Below are positions 14,702 to 29,296 of a stretch of 64,000 nt of DNA, in pieces. Where the stretch lies: assembly GCA_951406725.2 (NCBI GenBank), contig OX597825.1, positions 71,610,001 through 71,674,000 of the forward strand, written 5' to 3'. This stretch comes from Octopus vulgaris (Eukaryota). Position numbers and translations under genes: made by a program. How positions within the stretch are numbered: the stretch's first letter is position 1; each line of letters starts with the position of its first letter. Under the pieces are notes generated by a model, which ran no database searches, was not told where the DNA came from, and saw only the letters and a program-made list of their open reading frames with translations.

Positions 14702-14999
14702 ATTGCTTTTGGGTCACTTACAATTTACTTGGTGTATAATTTAATAAGACAGTTAGCAGTATGTCTTACCTTAAAAAGATTAAAATTTTAACATAGCCAC
14801 TCCCCAGCTACCTTCTACCCCACAAAAAGCTAGTGCCATGCAGTGGTGAAAAGAAAATAGTGTAATTTGCTACTTGTAGCTCAATCTGACAACCCCATTT
14901 TTGTACAAGACACTTCTTCAAGCATCTGGATATGTTGCCCTTTATCTTTCTTTTATAAAAACCTTCTTTCCTCATCTCATTTCATACATATCAACACTG

Positions 15000-15041
<42 letters not shown>

Positions 15042-15046
<5 letters not shown>

Positions 15047-15585
15047 ATACAATATGTTACATTACTCGGTAGTCAAGATAAAACTCTGAGTTTCAGATGC
15101 CGAAGTGGAAATCCACAACACCATCTCTTCGGTTATCTGGCTATTTGAAAACGTTATAAAAATACCGTTAAAAATGAAGGGAAATTACTCTGTTATAACT
15201 CTGCTTTGCCTGCGTACTTATACATCGCTCGCATTTTTCGTCATAAAAAATATATAAAAATACATAAAAAATATATAAAAATATATAAAAATATATATAT
15301 ATTTTTATATTTATATATTTTTATATATTTTTATATTTTTATATATTTTTATATATTTTTTATGTATTTTTATATAATTTTTATGACGAAAAATGCGAGC
15401 GATGTATAAGTACGCAGGCAAAGCAGAGTTATAACAGAGTAATTTCCCTTCATTTTTAACGGTATTTTTATAACGTTTTCAAATAGCCAGATAACCGAAG
15501 AGATGGTGTTGTGGATTTCCACTTCGGCATCTGAAACTCAGAGTTTTATCTTGACTACCGAGTAATGTAACATATTGTATAGATA
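15042..15585. repeat. ~540-bp near-perfect palindrome
   Basis: 15042-~15250 is the reverse complement of ~15375-15585; the AT-rich centre is itself largely self-complementary. Confidence 0.92.
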
Positions 15586-15647
15586 AATTTCCTCTATTTA
15601 CATAATATTGAGGTCTCTTTCTTTCTTTTGTTATCTTACCGTTTTAT

Positions 15648-15687
<40 letters not shown>

Positions 15688-18349
15688 GCAGATGTGTCTG
15701 CACACAGTATGTATGTTTGTATGAAGGCATGTATGTATATAGGTTGGTAGGTACATAAACCACCACCCCTATATATATAGGTATGTTTGTATGTAGGTAC
15801 ATACAAATGTATGTATTAGATACATATGTAGGTAGGTGTGTATGTATAGAGTGTAAGGTAGGTAGGTATGTCGCATGAACATTTTTGCTGGCAAGGCTTA
15901 TTGGTTTATTTTGTCACAATGAATGAACAGATTGTTAGATAGTTGTTGTTTGATGTATGTATGAAGTCTTTACATCCTGCTTGCTAGCTTAGAGTTGTTT
16001 CTTCAGGCAAGGAAGGCTAGTGATAAAGAAAGAATTGTCTTCCCCCCACCACCACTTCGGTTACCCAATTTCTCTCTTTCTCTGCTATCTCACCAAGCTG
16101 TACATATAAAACAAGGTAAGGGAAGAAAGAAAGAGGGGACATTCCATAAAAAAAAAATACTGAATAGTTCATCAGATTTAATTGACCAAGCTGGAGAAGC
16201 TCCCACTATCAAGTACAATGGCAAGCCAATGAGGAAGCTTCTACATATACAGTCACTCAACCCAATAGAAATGGCATGTAGTCCCTATTGTACAAAAAGA
16301 AGGGATGGCCGTGGATGGAAACGCTTCTGATCATATGCCTGCTAGATAAAACCAACCATAAGCTGAACAACAGAGACAACAAAGATAATATACTGCTATA
16401 GTTTTCGCTGAGGAATCTGTCTTTATTTTTTGACCAGCCTTCCATACATGACCACCTCCCCCTTTTTCTTGGGTTATTATATCCTAATGAATTACCCACA
16501 GAGTCACCTGTTCTTAAGACGACAGGCATGGTTATATGGTTAAGAAGTTTACTTCCCAACCATATGGTTTCAGGTTCAAAGTAGCACACACATTTATATA
16601 CTTAGGGCTTCTTTCAGTTTCCATCAACCAAATCCACTTACAAGGCTTTGGTTGGCCCAAGACTATAATAGCAGACACTTGCCCAAGGTGGTGTCATGCA
16701 GTGGGGTTGAATCTAAAATCATGTTGAGACATGAACTTACTACAGTCACACCTGCACCTTGTCATGTGTGTGCGTGCGTATTCATGTCTCATAGTTTTAA
16801 CCTCACATGATAGTTGTTACTGACTGTAACCCTCATATAAGCAGAGTCCTTTGTTTTCTTATCTTTTGCAAACGTGTCTGGCCATGAGGAAACATTAGCC
16901 TGCTTGGAAAGAGCTTATGATTGGCAAGAGGAAAGACACCCAGTCACTGAAAATCTCCCTCAACAAATTCCGCTTGACTCATGCACACATGGAAAAGTGG
17001 ATACCAAAACAATGATGATGTATAGAGAAGTTTGAAGGTTTGGCTGCTATTACTAGCAGGTCAAACGATTGCAAAGAAGCTTTTGCATCAGTACCCACAC
17101 TGCACCAGAGGCCTTAATTAGATGAAGATATGGATCTCTGTTGGTACAAAAGAATATTCCAGCTCAGTGAATCCCAGCATAAATGGCTGCGTATTCCACA
17201 GACACATGTAACTGTTACATAATCCTCAAGCTGACTCGGTGACATAATATGTGATCAGCTAGACCTTTAAAATTACAGGTATAATGCAGGCTTCCACACA
17301 GTTTCCATCATTCAAGTTTCACTCACAAGGTATGGCTAGGTCTGAGACTGCGGTAAAACACACTTGTTCATCATACCATAAAGTGAGAGTGAACCTGAAA
17401 ATTTATAATTGCAAAGCCTACTTTTTAACTATCTGATCAGGTCAGCAGCCACATACACACATGGATATCACACACACACACAACATACATAGGTATACAC
17501 ATACATACATGCATGCATACATACACACACATACATGCATATACACACACATACAGATACATACATACAGATGTATATTATACACACACATATGCACTAA
17601 GTATATATGTTGTCATTACCAGCATCACCTTACTGGCACTTGTGCCGGTGGCATATGAAAAAACATTTGAGTGCGGTCGTTGCCAGTGCCGCTGGACTGG
17701 CTCCTGTGCAGGTGGCACGTAAAAAACATTTGAGCATGGCCATTACCAGTACCGCCTGACTGGCCCTCGTGCCAGTGGCACATAAAAGTACCTACTACAC
17801 TCTCAGAGTGGTTGGCGTTAGGAATGGCATCCAGATGTAGAAACTGTGCCAGATCAGATTGGAGCCTGGTGCAGCTATCTGGTTCACCAGTCCTCAATCA
17901 AATCGTCTAACCCATGCTAGCATGGAAAGCGGACGTTAAACAATGATAATGATGATAATGATGTGTGTGTGCATGTGCATGCGTGAATGCACACTCATGC
18001 ATGCGTGTCCTTTCCTGTCTATGTTTACATAAGTTAAGCCAGGTATTGACTTCATGTTAGGTCTTTTTATGCTACACGACTCAGTGGTTCAAGAAACAGA
18101 GATCAATAAAATAACTACCAGACAGGGATAAATACTGAGGGATCAATATGATTGACCAGGACCCTGGAAGGCCTGCTCTAACATGGCCATTATCCAATGA
18201 CTGTAACCAGCAAAACAGTATGTAAAACAGCATCAAAATGAAAACTTTTTTCTTTTAAATACATAATTATATATATTATATACTTATATAGATATATAAT
18301 TATAATTTTAAATTGTTCTATATATCATACAGTTAGATATTATATAGTT

Positions 18350-18390
<41 letters not shown>

Positions 18391-18557
18391 GGGAGAGTTC
18401 ACGAAAAAAACAAATGACGAAGACAGGTGGTGTACAAAACAAACAGATGTATTAGTATAACGCTGAGGAATTGAAAAAGGTCTTTTACGTTTCGAGCCTA
18501 CGCTCTTCTACAGAAAGGGACACAGAAAAAAACAAAGAGAGAAACAAAGAGAGAAAA

Positions 18558-18594
<37 letters not shown>

Positions 18595-21424
18595 TTTATA
18601 TATATAATTATATAGATTAATAACTTATAAAAATTGGAAGAACATTTAAAATTGCAATGATTAATTGCAACTATAAAGTGCATATGGTGAAGGAACGGTA
18701 TAATTTTAGGACTAGCATTACAAGTTGGTATTGATTCTAGTTTGGCACAGAAACTATCAGAATGTCTGTAAGAGAAGAAAGTACCAACATAAAAATACAC
18801 ACGCGCGTGTGTGTGGTGGGGGGGGATGGGAGGGGAAGGCAGTCGGACTAAAAACTATTGCTTACCAAACATCCATTTGAATAAAACTTAAGTCAAGCGA
18901 TCCAATTTCAAACAGCAGACTTCACTCTCTTTATTTTACGGCATAATCTAGACAATCAGATAGTATTTAACATTTTGAATGATTATTCTGTGTTTGTTGT
19001 GTTGGTGCTTTGTTGAAACTAAGCGAAAACAAAGAAATGCCACACTAGACCTTGCTGTGTAGTTTCACTCGCAAATAAACAGTCACACATACACATCTTT
19101 TATCTTTTAACCTTTTGCTTGTTTCAGTCACTGAACAGCAGTTGGAGCAAGACCTCGAAGGGTTTAGTTGGACAAACCCCCCACCTAGTACTTACTTTTT
19201 AAAGTCTAGTACTTTAAAAAGTACTACTCTATCAATTTCTTTTGCTGAACCACTGAGTTACAGGGATGTAAACAAACTGACACTAGCTGTCAAACAGTGA
19301 GGGGACAAGCACACACATGCATACACACACACACACTCTCTCTCACACACATATTCACATATCTAAGAGAATAAAGAAGAGCCTAGTTTAGTACATCACC
19401 TCCAGTGTGCAACTGGTACTTGCTTAATTGTCTCCAAATGGATGAAAAGCAAAGTTAACCTCAGCAAAATTTGAACTCAGAACATAAAGACAGACAAGAT
19501 ACCACTAAGTATTTTGTCCAATATGCTAATGATTCTACCAGCATGCTATCTTAATAATAATGATGATGATGATGATGATGGTGATAATGATGATTCTTTC
19601 TGTTATAGGCAAAAGGCCTGAAATCTGGGGGAGGGGAAAGTCAGTTACATCAACCTCAGTGCTCAACTAGTACATCATCATCATCATCGTTTAGCGTCCG
19701 CTTTCGATGGGTTGGATGGTTCAACTGGGGTCTGGGAAGCCAGAAGGCTGCACCAGGCCCAGTCTGATCTGGCAATGTTTCTATGGCTGGATGCCCTTCC
19801 TAACGCCAACCACTCCATGAGTGTAGTGGGTGCTTTTTATGTGCCACCAGCTGGCAAATGGCCATGATCGGATGGTGCTTTTTACGTGCCACCGGCACGG
19901 AGGCCAGGCGAGGCTGACAATGGCCATGATCGGATATAAAACTTATTTTATCAATCCCAGAAGGATGAAAAGCAAAGTTGACTTCAGCAAAATCTGAACT
20001 CAGAATGTAAAGATGGACAAAATGACGCTAAGCATTTTGTCAGGGGTGCTAACAATTCTGCCAACTTGCTGCTTTAATAACCAGAAGAAGAAGAATGCTT
20101 TCTTTATTTTCTAAAATGGTACATACAAAAAATGATGACAATGCTAGACATGCTATATCCATAAGAGAAGTATGCCTCAAAAAACAAACCAAAATTTCTA
20201 ATTATGAAGAGAAAGTAGTTATAGAGAGTTCAAGATTTCAGACATATACACTTTCATTGTGGCTATATAAGCAATAGTCATACCAGAAGTAATGAGAAGA
20301 GCAAGATAATGGACACATTCCTTAACAAAAATTATGGGAGTACCTGGTTAGTTTTTAACCCAAGAATGACAAAGATTTTATTTTTAGGACACACCCATAT
20401 TAAATGTCTCCATTCCTTTTTCTCTCTATACATAAGAAGAAAAATACCAGAGACAGAAAAAAAAAAATGCAATGGAATAGGCACTATACCTCAACATGTA
20501 GGTGTGTGTGTGTGTGTGTGTATGAAAATGTTTTATGATTATTTAGGGCAAACACAAGTAAAACGCAAATTCTTTTCACTTTAATATTTTTTGCCAATAT
20601 TTAATTTCGATTTGCATATTGTTTGTCAATTCGCTACAACCTCGTTAAAGTAAACAAAATCAAAATTTTAAATTGGGGGAGTGGGGAGGATCAAATTTAA
20701 AAAATCTTTTTTTTTTTGCATATTCGTTATCTCCGACATCTAAAATGGAGGAATCTGAAAAAAATTTTTTCTAAAAAGTGCATTTTTCCAGGACAGGTGC
20801 AATTCTGCATTAACCCCAATAAATCAACCCCAATATTTAATTTTCTAAAATTCTAGCATTTATTCTATGAGTCTCTATAAGGATGTAAACAAAGTTACAG
20901 GTTGTTGAGCAGTGGGTGGAACAAACACAAAGACATACATATACACACGGATATACAAATATATATTTGGAAAAAAACGAATAAGAATGACTTTCCTGAT
21001 AATTATCTTGCACTTTAATGATTAGCTGTTTACAAATCGGTTAGTAAATATCAAGCGATGAGCTGGCAGAGACGTTAGCATGCCGGGCGAAATGCTTAAT
21101 GATATTTCATCTGCGTTACGTTGTGAGTTCAAATTCCGCCGAGGTCGACTTTGCCTTTCATCCTTTCGGGGTCGATAAATTAAGTACCAGTTACGCACTG
21201 GGGTCAATGTAATCGACTAAATACCTATGTCTGTCCTTGTTTGTCCCCTCTGTGTTTAGCCCCTTGTGGGTAATAAAGAAATAGGTTAGTAAATATCAAG
21301 CAATTTGTAATCATTTAACCATAAAAGTGCAAAATAATTATCAGATAAGTCATTTTTATTCATTTTTGCCAAATATACATCTCTGTACCAAGGATTATTT
21401 TATTCATATTTCTACAAGCTCACG

Positions 21425-21618
21425 TATGAGGGTTGCTGAAAAGCTTCAGGCTTTGAGTAAAAGAAAATACAGTAAGATCAGTTATTTGTGATTTTATTCA
21501 ATACACCCACCTTTCCTTCAGTTTTTCTAAGCCCTGTAAAAGAACTCAGAAGGTTGGGCTTCCAGCCAGGCCTTTCACGATACCCTTAACACCAGGAACT
21601 TTTCAGCATCCCCTTGTA
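21425..21618. mobile_element. Mariner-derived MITE (~190 bp)
   Basis: Imperfect TIRs gagggttgctgaaaag / cttttcagcatcccc with flanking TA. Confidence 0.65.
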
Positions 21619-23032
21619 TATGAAATTAGATAGATGATAGAGGAACAGGAAATTATAAAATGAGCTTCATATTTCTTTGTCATCCATCTAATTTCATATT
21701 ATGTTCTGTACTTGACTTGACACTTTATTCTGAAGCATATGATGTATATTGGGTTCTAACACCAGGGTATTTGTGTCACTTTGTCTATATGCAAAACATG
21801 CACAAACATTCAGTGGTGCCATATAAAAAGAACCCATGTCGGCAACACACAAATAGCAGCAATGCTGGCACTATGTAAAAATTACCAATGCCGGAACCAC
21901 ACAAAAAGCACCAGTGCTGGCACCTTGTAAGGAACACCTATGCTGGTGCCACATAAAAAAGCAACTGTATTGGCACCTCATAGCAAAACACCCAATACAC
22001 TCTATAAAGTGGTTGGCATTAGGAAGGGTATCCAGCAGTAGAAACCATGCCAAAACAGAGAGCTGGATCTTGGTGCAGCCCTTTGTCTTGCCAGCTCATC
22101 AAACTGTTCAATATATGGAAAAATGAATGTTGAATGATGATGATGATGATTAATGAGGATAATGATACATACACACACATAAGACAGGCTTCCATACAGT
22201 TTCCATCATCTACGAAATTCGCTCAAAAGTCATTGTAGAAGACACTTGCTCAAGATGCTGTACTGTAGAACTGGGCCCAAAACCACGTGATCACAAAGCA
22301 AGCTTCTTAACCACACGGCCGTGCTGGTACCTATAATGCCATACCGGTTCTTATTTGTTTCTTTTTACTTGAATTAAGACCTCATATTTATAAGAAAAGA
22401 AAAATACAATTCTCTGGTATTCACGCCTTTCCCTGTGGTTAAACAACAACAGCAACAATAATTTTTTATGTTGTTATTATTATTTTTTTTCTCTACAACT
22501 AAGATGTCAGATTTATAAGAAAACGAAAAAAAATACGACCCTTTGGTATTCATGTCTTTCCCAAGAGACATTACAATCAATCATAAATGAAAAACCCCCA
22601 AAAACAAAATCCAAAAAGGAAAATGTAATCAAACAAGTGGTAGACATCGGTATAGGGAGCAATTAACATTTATTACCAACACCATTAACTTCCTATTTCT
22701 GCTGCAATAACACAACTTTTAAAACTACCTCAAAGTTTACAGAAAGAGAAGATATTGATACAGAAATACACCCAATAAATATAAATAAATGTGTGAAGAG
22801 GAAAAACAAAACAAAAAAAAAGAAGAGCAAAAAAAAACGGAATGGAAATGTCATTTGAAGTCAAGTGTTGCTATAAAGTTACATCAAGAGAAAGACGTGG
22901 AAGTTGCCACGGGTACAAATGTTTTAACTATTATTTCCGACATTTTATACATAAACACACAAACACACACATGCATGAACACACAAAATAGCCTAGTCAC
23001 GGAGCTATAGAGAAAAACCGTCATCACTTCAC

Positions 23033-23077
<45 letters not shown>

Positions 23078-23780
23078 TGTGTTTCACTCTCTTATTGATA
23101 CATATATATATATATATACTCTTTTACTTGTTTCAGTCATTTTGACTGTGGCCATGCTGGAGCACTGCCTTTAGTCGAGCAAATCGACCCCAGGATTTAT
23201 TCTTTGTAATCCTAGTACTTATTCTATCGGACTCTTTTGCCGAACTGCTAAGTTACGGGGACGTAAACACACCAGCATCGGTTGTCAAGCGATGTTGGGG
23301 ACACACACACACAAACATATACACACACATACATATAAATATATATATATATATAGCACCCACTACACTCACGGAGTGGTTGGCGTTAGGAAGGGCATCC
23401 AGCCGTAGAAACACTGCCAGATTTGACTGGGCCTGATGAAGCCTTCTGGCTTCACAGACCCCAGTAGAACCGTCCAACCCATGCTAGCATGGAAAACGGA
23501 CGCTAAACGATGATGATGATGATGATGATATATATATATATACATATAGATATATACATATATATATATACGATAGGCTTCTTTCAGTTTCCATCTACCA
23601 AATCCACTCACAAGGCTTTGGTCGGCCCGAGGCTATAGTAGAAGACACTTGCCTGAGGTGCCATGCAGTGGGATTGAACCCAGAACCATGTGGTTCGTAA
23701 GCAAGCTACTTACCACACAGCCACTTATATATATAATACACACACACACACACACATATATGTCTGTGTCTCACTCTCTC

Positions 23781-23840
<60 letters not shown>

Positions 23841-25169
23841 TAGTTGGTAGACTTAATCCATCACCTTGTCCAAATTTAGCAGAGACAACTTTGTTGCAAG
23901 CATTCAGACCAGGTCTTCAGTTTGAGAATACTTTCCTCCATCTCTCCCACCAGTCTCAAGGCCTGAAATTGGGGGGGGGGGGGGATTCGATTACATTGAT
24001 TCCAGTGCATAACTGATACTTAATTTATCAACCCTGAAAGGAAAGGCAAAGTCAACCTCAGCAGAATTTGAACACAGACTGTATAGACAAACGAGATACT
24101 ACTAAGCACTTTGCTAGGCATTGCTAACGATTCTGCCAGCTTGCTACCTTAATAATAATAATAATAATGATAATCCTTTCTACTATGGGCACAGGGCCTG
24201 AAATCTTGGAGGAGGGGGTTAGTTGATTACATCAACCCCAGTGATCACCTGGTACTTATTTTACCAACCCTGAAAGGAAGGAAGGCAAAGTTGACCTTGG
24301 TGGAATTTGAACTCAGAACATAAAGATGGATGAAATGCTGCTAAGCATTTTGTCCAGTGTGCTAACAATTCTACCAGCTCACTGCCCTAATCATCATCAT
24401 CATCGTTTAACGTCTGTTTTCCCTGCTAGCATGGGTTGGGCGGTTCGACGGGGTCTGGGAAGTCAGGAGGCTGCAACAGGCTCCAGTCTGATCTGGAAGT
24501 GTTTCTACAGTTGGATGCCCTTCCTAACATCAACCACTTCACAAAGTGTACTGGGTACTTTTCGTGTGGCACTAGTGAGGTCGCCATGTAACTTTCATGA
24601 CATAACTTTACCTCAACTGATGAAGGTGTGGTATTGAGGACGGTGACTTTTATGCCTGGTGATGAGAGGTTAAAGTATAATAGAGGGTCAGGAACCGGTA
24701 TCTTGGTGTAGAGGAGGTACATGGCACCCCAAATGGGAGAAGAGAGAATGATGGTAAAGAGTTATCTGGACGTGGCCTCAAGCTACAGGAAAATGAATAT
24801 TTAAGAAGTGGTCCAGAGGATCGCTTTGCATCCATTTGGTTTTTGGGTTCAATCAAATTGTTCAATCTTAAGCAAGTGTCTTCTACTATAGATTTGGACC
24901 AACCAATGATTGTGAGTGAATTTGAATGATGATAATGATGATGATGTAATACACTGGCTGAAAATATACCACAGTTTTTCTGCTATATACAGTTTTTCAA
25001 CATCAATTAGTCAAGATTGACCATGCACCGACGCATATATGCAGCCATAAGCACGTATGTTTATTGACACATTTAAATACTGTTTTAAATGCCTGATTTT
25101 TATTGCTAAATCTTCAAATATACATTAAATAGATACTAAATAGCACCACAATGTCCAGTCCTTGCTGCT

Positions 25170-25178
25170 GTGTGGTTA

Positions 25179-25210
<32 letters not shown>

Positions 25211-25635
25211 CAGGGAGGTGTAAGTTGGATAGGTCAAAGGATAGAAGCTGGGCTAATAGGGACCACCTCTTCCCAGAGGTAAAAATGGGTTTGCATAGGG
25301 CCAACACCCCTGTCTAGGAAAAAGCAAAGTTTTAGAAGTATTGGTGACAATTCAAAAGCAACAAGCCCTTGGAAAGGGAGGCTTTTCCTGCAGGGAAGCA
25401 TATAACAGAGTGCAGCAAAATCTGGAAAGAACCCAACATCCAGTATTACACTTAGATGTCAGGCCCTGACCTGGAACCCGCAAAGGAGGCAAAGAAAGGA
25501 TAGCCTAAAATTAATGAAGATGGGGTACTCAGGCAGGGCTGAAAAACCAGGGATACAGTTGGAAAGGAACTGAAAAGACAGTGCAGAGACAAGAATAGTG
25601 GAGAAAATTTGTTGATAGCCTATGCACACACACGA
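25170..25635 (+). mobile_element. Decayed RTE/RTE-X-like LINE remnant
   Basis: The 3' part encodes a degenerate ALTWNPQ..GYSW..DKNSGENLL/ALC-type RTE C-terminus across frameshifts. Confidence 0.5.
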
Positions 25636-26116
25636 GAGAGGGACTTCAGAAATAAAAATACATTAAATAGATGAGCTGACATGAGAGCCTACCCCTTACG
25701 TGGTTGCTCAAACTGTTAAAATTAGCAAGCAAATTCACTCAGATCAGATATCTTACTGTCTTAAAAAAAGGACACTACCGGACACCTGTAAGGTTTTGCC
25801 TGTTTCTTAGTAAACTTTATGTCATGAATTTAGAAATAGTTCTTTGATTCCTTCACTGTTATTCTGCTTGAACACATACACACTTACATTACATAATGCT
25901 TTAAAAAAAATACTATAAAGTAGTATTTCAAGTTTGATTCTGTATATAGGTGCAGGAGTGGCTGTGTGGTAAGTAGCTTGTTTACCAACCACATGGTTCC
26001 GGCTTCAGTCCCACTGTGTGGCACCTTGGGCAAGTATCTTCTACTATAGCCTCGGGCCGACCAAAGCCTTGTGAGTGGATTTGGTAGACGGAAACTGAAA
26101 GAAGCCCGTCGTATAC

Positions 26117-26149
<33 letters not shown>

Positions 26150-27612
26150 CATGTATGTTTGTGTGTCTGTGTTTGTCCGCCTAGCATTACTTGACAACCG
26201 ATGCTGGTGTGTTTATGTCCCCGTCACTTAGCGGTTCGGCAAAAGAGACCGATAGAATAAGTACTGGGCTTACAAAGAATAAGTCCCCGGGGTCGAGTTG
26301 CTCGATTAAAGGCGGTGCTCCAGCATGGCCGCAGTCAAATGACTGAAACAAGTAAAAGAGTAAAAAGAGAGAGTAAAGAGTATATAGAATTAAATTAATG
26401 GGATGGGATAATTAGTAATAAATTAAACATTGGGGGTTTATATTAGAATGTGTCATTTTATTTCTAGAAGGGCAAGCTACAAGAGAGAGAGAGAGGGGTA
26501 CATGGTAGAAATGGGGGTAAACAGAGAGCTATCGTAGTAATGGTATAATTAACCACAGAACTGGTTAGGTTCCTGAACATAAAGAAATAAAAAAAACAAT
26601 CGTAGAAAAGAACATTTTACATCCCCCCCACTCCCCCCCCCCTTTGTCTTTCATGGTTTTACTGCTGCAAATGAATTCACCACTACATTGCATTTAAACT
26701 TGTTGTTATCAGAGAGATAGCTGTCTGATGATAATGATATTGGAATAATTATGTTAACGCCCAATTAATTATAAAGAGTGCCACACAAACACAAACACAC
26801 ATCCATTGAGGAATTACAGAAGTGATAAAGATAGGAAAGAGTTGAACAAATTGTGTGGGGTAAAAAAAAAAAAAAAAAAAACACCCCACCCAGATAAAAT
26901 TCAGTGAAAAGCCTTGCCCTAATTTCATTGCTATATGAATCCACGTATCAACAGGGCATGCAACAACATTTTATGCTTTTATTATTTCATTGGTGAATAA
27001 TAAAAAAATGAATACCAATTATACACTATTGTGAATTGAAAAAACTGAGCAGTCACACACATACACGTATCATTCAATCTGTGCCAGTATGGAAAGCAGA
27101 CGTTAAATGATGATGATGATTGTGTGTATGTGTGTATATATATATATATATATATTATTACTTCTTTACTTGTTTCAGTCATTTGACTGTGGCCATTCTG
27201 GAGCACCACCATTAGTCGAGCAAGTCAACCCCAGGACTTATTCTTTGTAAGCCTGGTACTTATTCTATCGATCTCTTTTGCCGAACCACTAAGTTACGTA
27301 GGCGTAAACACATCAGCATCGGCTGTCAGCGATGTTGGGGGGGGGGGGGAGAAACACAGACGCACAAACATATACACACACATACACATATATATATACA
27401 TACATATATACGACAGGCTTTTTTCAGTTTCCGTCTACCAAATCCACTCACAAGGCTTTGGTCGGCCTGAGGCTATAGTAGAAGATACTTGCCTAAGGTG
27501 CCACGCAGTGGGACTGAACCCGGAACCATGTGGTTGGTAAGCAAGCTACTTACCACACAGCCACTCTTACGCCTATATATATATATATATAATTACATAT
27601 ATATTACATATA

Positions 27613-28410
27613 GATGAGGTGTTATCAAAAAGTTCCCGGACTAGTTCTGTAGTGCACTAACAGATGGCAGCACACAGTGTGAGCTAGCAGTGACCTTCAT
27701 GAAGTAGTGTGCCAAGTGACAGCACTGTGTTTATTTCACAAGTTGTAAAATTTGTGTTTTTGCGATCACATGTATACTGTAGTTTGCAATCTTTGTCATG
27801 GACAGGAAATTGGAACAAAGGGCCAATGTGAAATTCAGCATTAAACTTGGGAAGTCTGCTACAGAGACATTGAGCATTCTTCGGCAAGCTTACAGCAATG
27901 AGGCAATGGGTCGCACATAATGTTTTGAGTGGCACAGGTGCTTCAAAAGTAGAAGAATGTCCATGGAAGACCTGCCATAATCATCACCCCTGGAAATGTA
28001 GAGAAAATTCAGCAGTCTGTGCATGAGGATTGCAAGAAGACAATCAATGATGTTATGAAGCATTTGAGGAAGGATATCCGTTGAAAGCAACCAGATCTGT
28101 GGAGCGTTAAAGATTGGATTCTTCTCAATGACAATACACCTTGTCACTGAGCTCCGCTCACTCGTGACTTCCACCTCTTCCCCAAGATGAAAATGCAGCT
28201 CAAAGGTCACCGTTTTAACACCATTGTTGAGATTAAGAGTAACACACAGGTCTTCAACTCACTTATGGAAAACAACTTCCAGGCCAGATTCCAAAAGCAA
28301 CAGGAACACTGGGACCTGTGTATTGCTGCACAAAGAGATGATGTTAAAACTTAAGTAAATAAGTATTTTTTACTAAACATAACTACCCTGGGAACTTTTT
28401 GATACCAGTT
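27613..28410 (+). mobile_element. Internally deleted mariner-family element
   Basis: TIRs ggtgttatcaaaaagttccc / gggaactttttgatacc. Translation EQRANVKFSIKLGKSATETLSILRQAY..CFEWHRCFK (mariner HTH) and DFHLFPKMKMQLKGHRF. Confidence 0.85.
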
Positions 28411-29296
28411 ATATATATATATATATATATATAAATATGTATATATATGTACATTATCATCATATAACATTATCATCATTTAATGTCTGTTTACCATGTT
28501 GGCATGGGTTGAACAGTTTGGCTAGAGCTGGCAGGCTGGAGAGCTGCACCAGGTTCCAGTTGTCTGTTTTGGCTTGGCTTCTATGGCTGGATGCCCTTCC
28601 TAACACGAAGCACTTTACAGAGTGTACTGGGCGCTTTTTACATGACACTGGCATAGGTGCTCTTTATGTGGAACTAGCACAGGTGCTTTTTACGTGGCAC
28701 CTGCACCAACAGGGTCACCAAGTAACTTACAAGACAAAAATCCCTTCAGCCGGGAAGGGAGCATTAACCGAAGTGGTTTAGGATATCAATTCTGCAGTGA
28801 TGGGTGGGTCATCTTAAGTACAGCAAGATGTCATCTATCTTGGTCCTTTGTATGTCCTTCATAAGGCTCAGTGTCGTGAGATCAACCTTCAGTACTTTAT
28901 CTCATACTTTCCTGGGTTTCCCGGATGCCAGTCATCGAATTTGTTCAAAGGTCGTTTTTCACCACTTCAACAGGTTCCCTCACATATATATATATTGTAT
29001 GTGTGATGGAAGGGTAGGATAGAATAATGGCTTTAAACACACCTATCTAGAATCTATAAAATAATTAAATTAATTCACCAACAGACATTATTAGGTTCAT
29101 ATAGCAAATGAATATGAACTCATTTAGGTCATAGCAGTGCAACCGGTTATTTGAGGTAAACTCAATTAACTATTGTACATATCTGTATTAATAGATCTCA
29201 AAATAAATAAATAGAATAGGGAAATAAAATTTAAGCAAAGCATGGGTGGAATACAAGTAGCTAGTTTGATCCTGTCCATATATATATATGAATATA

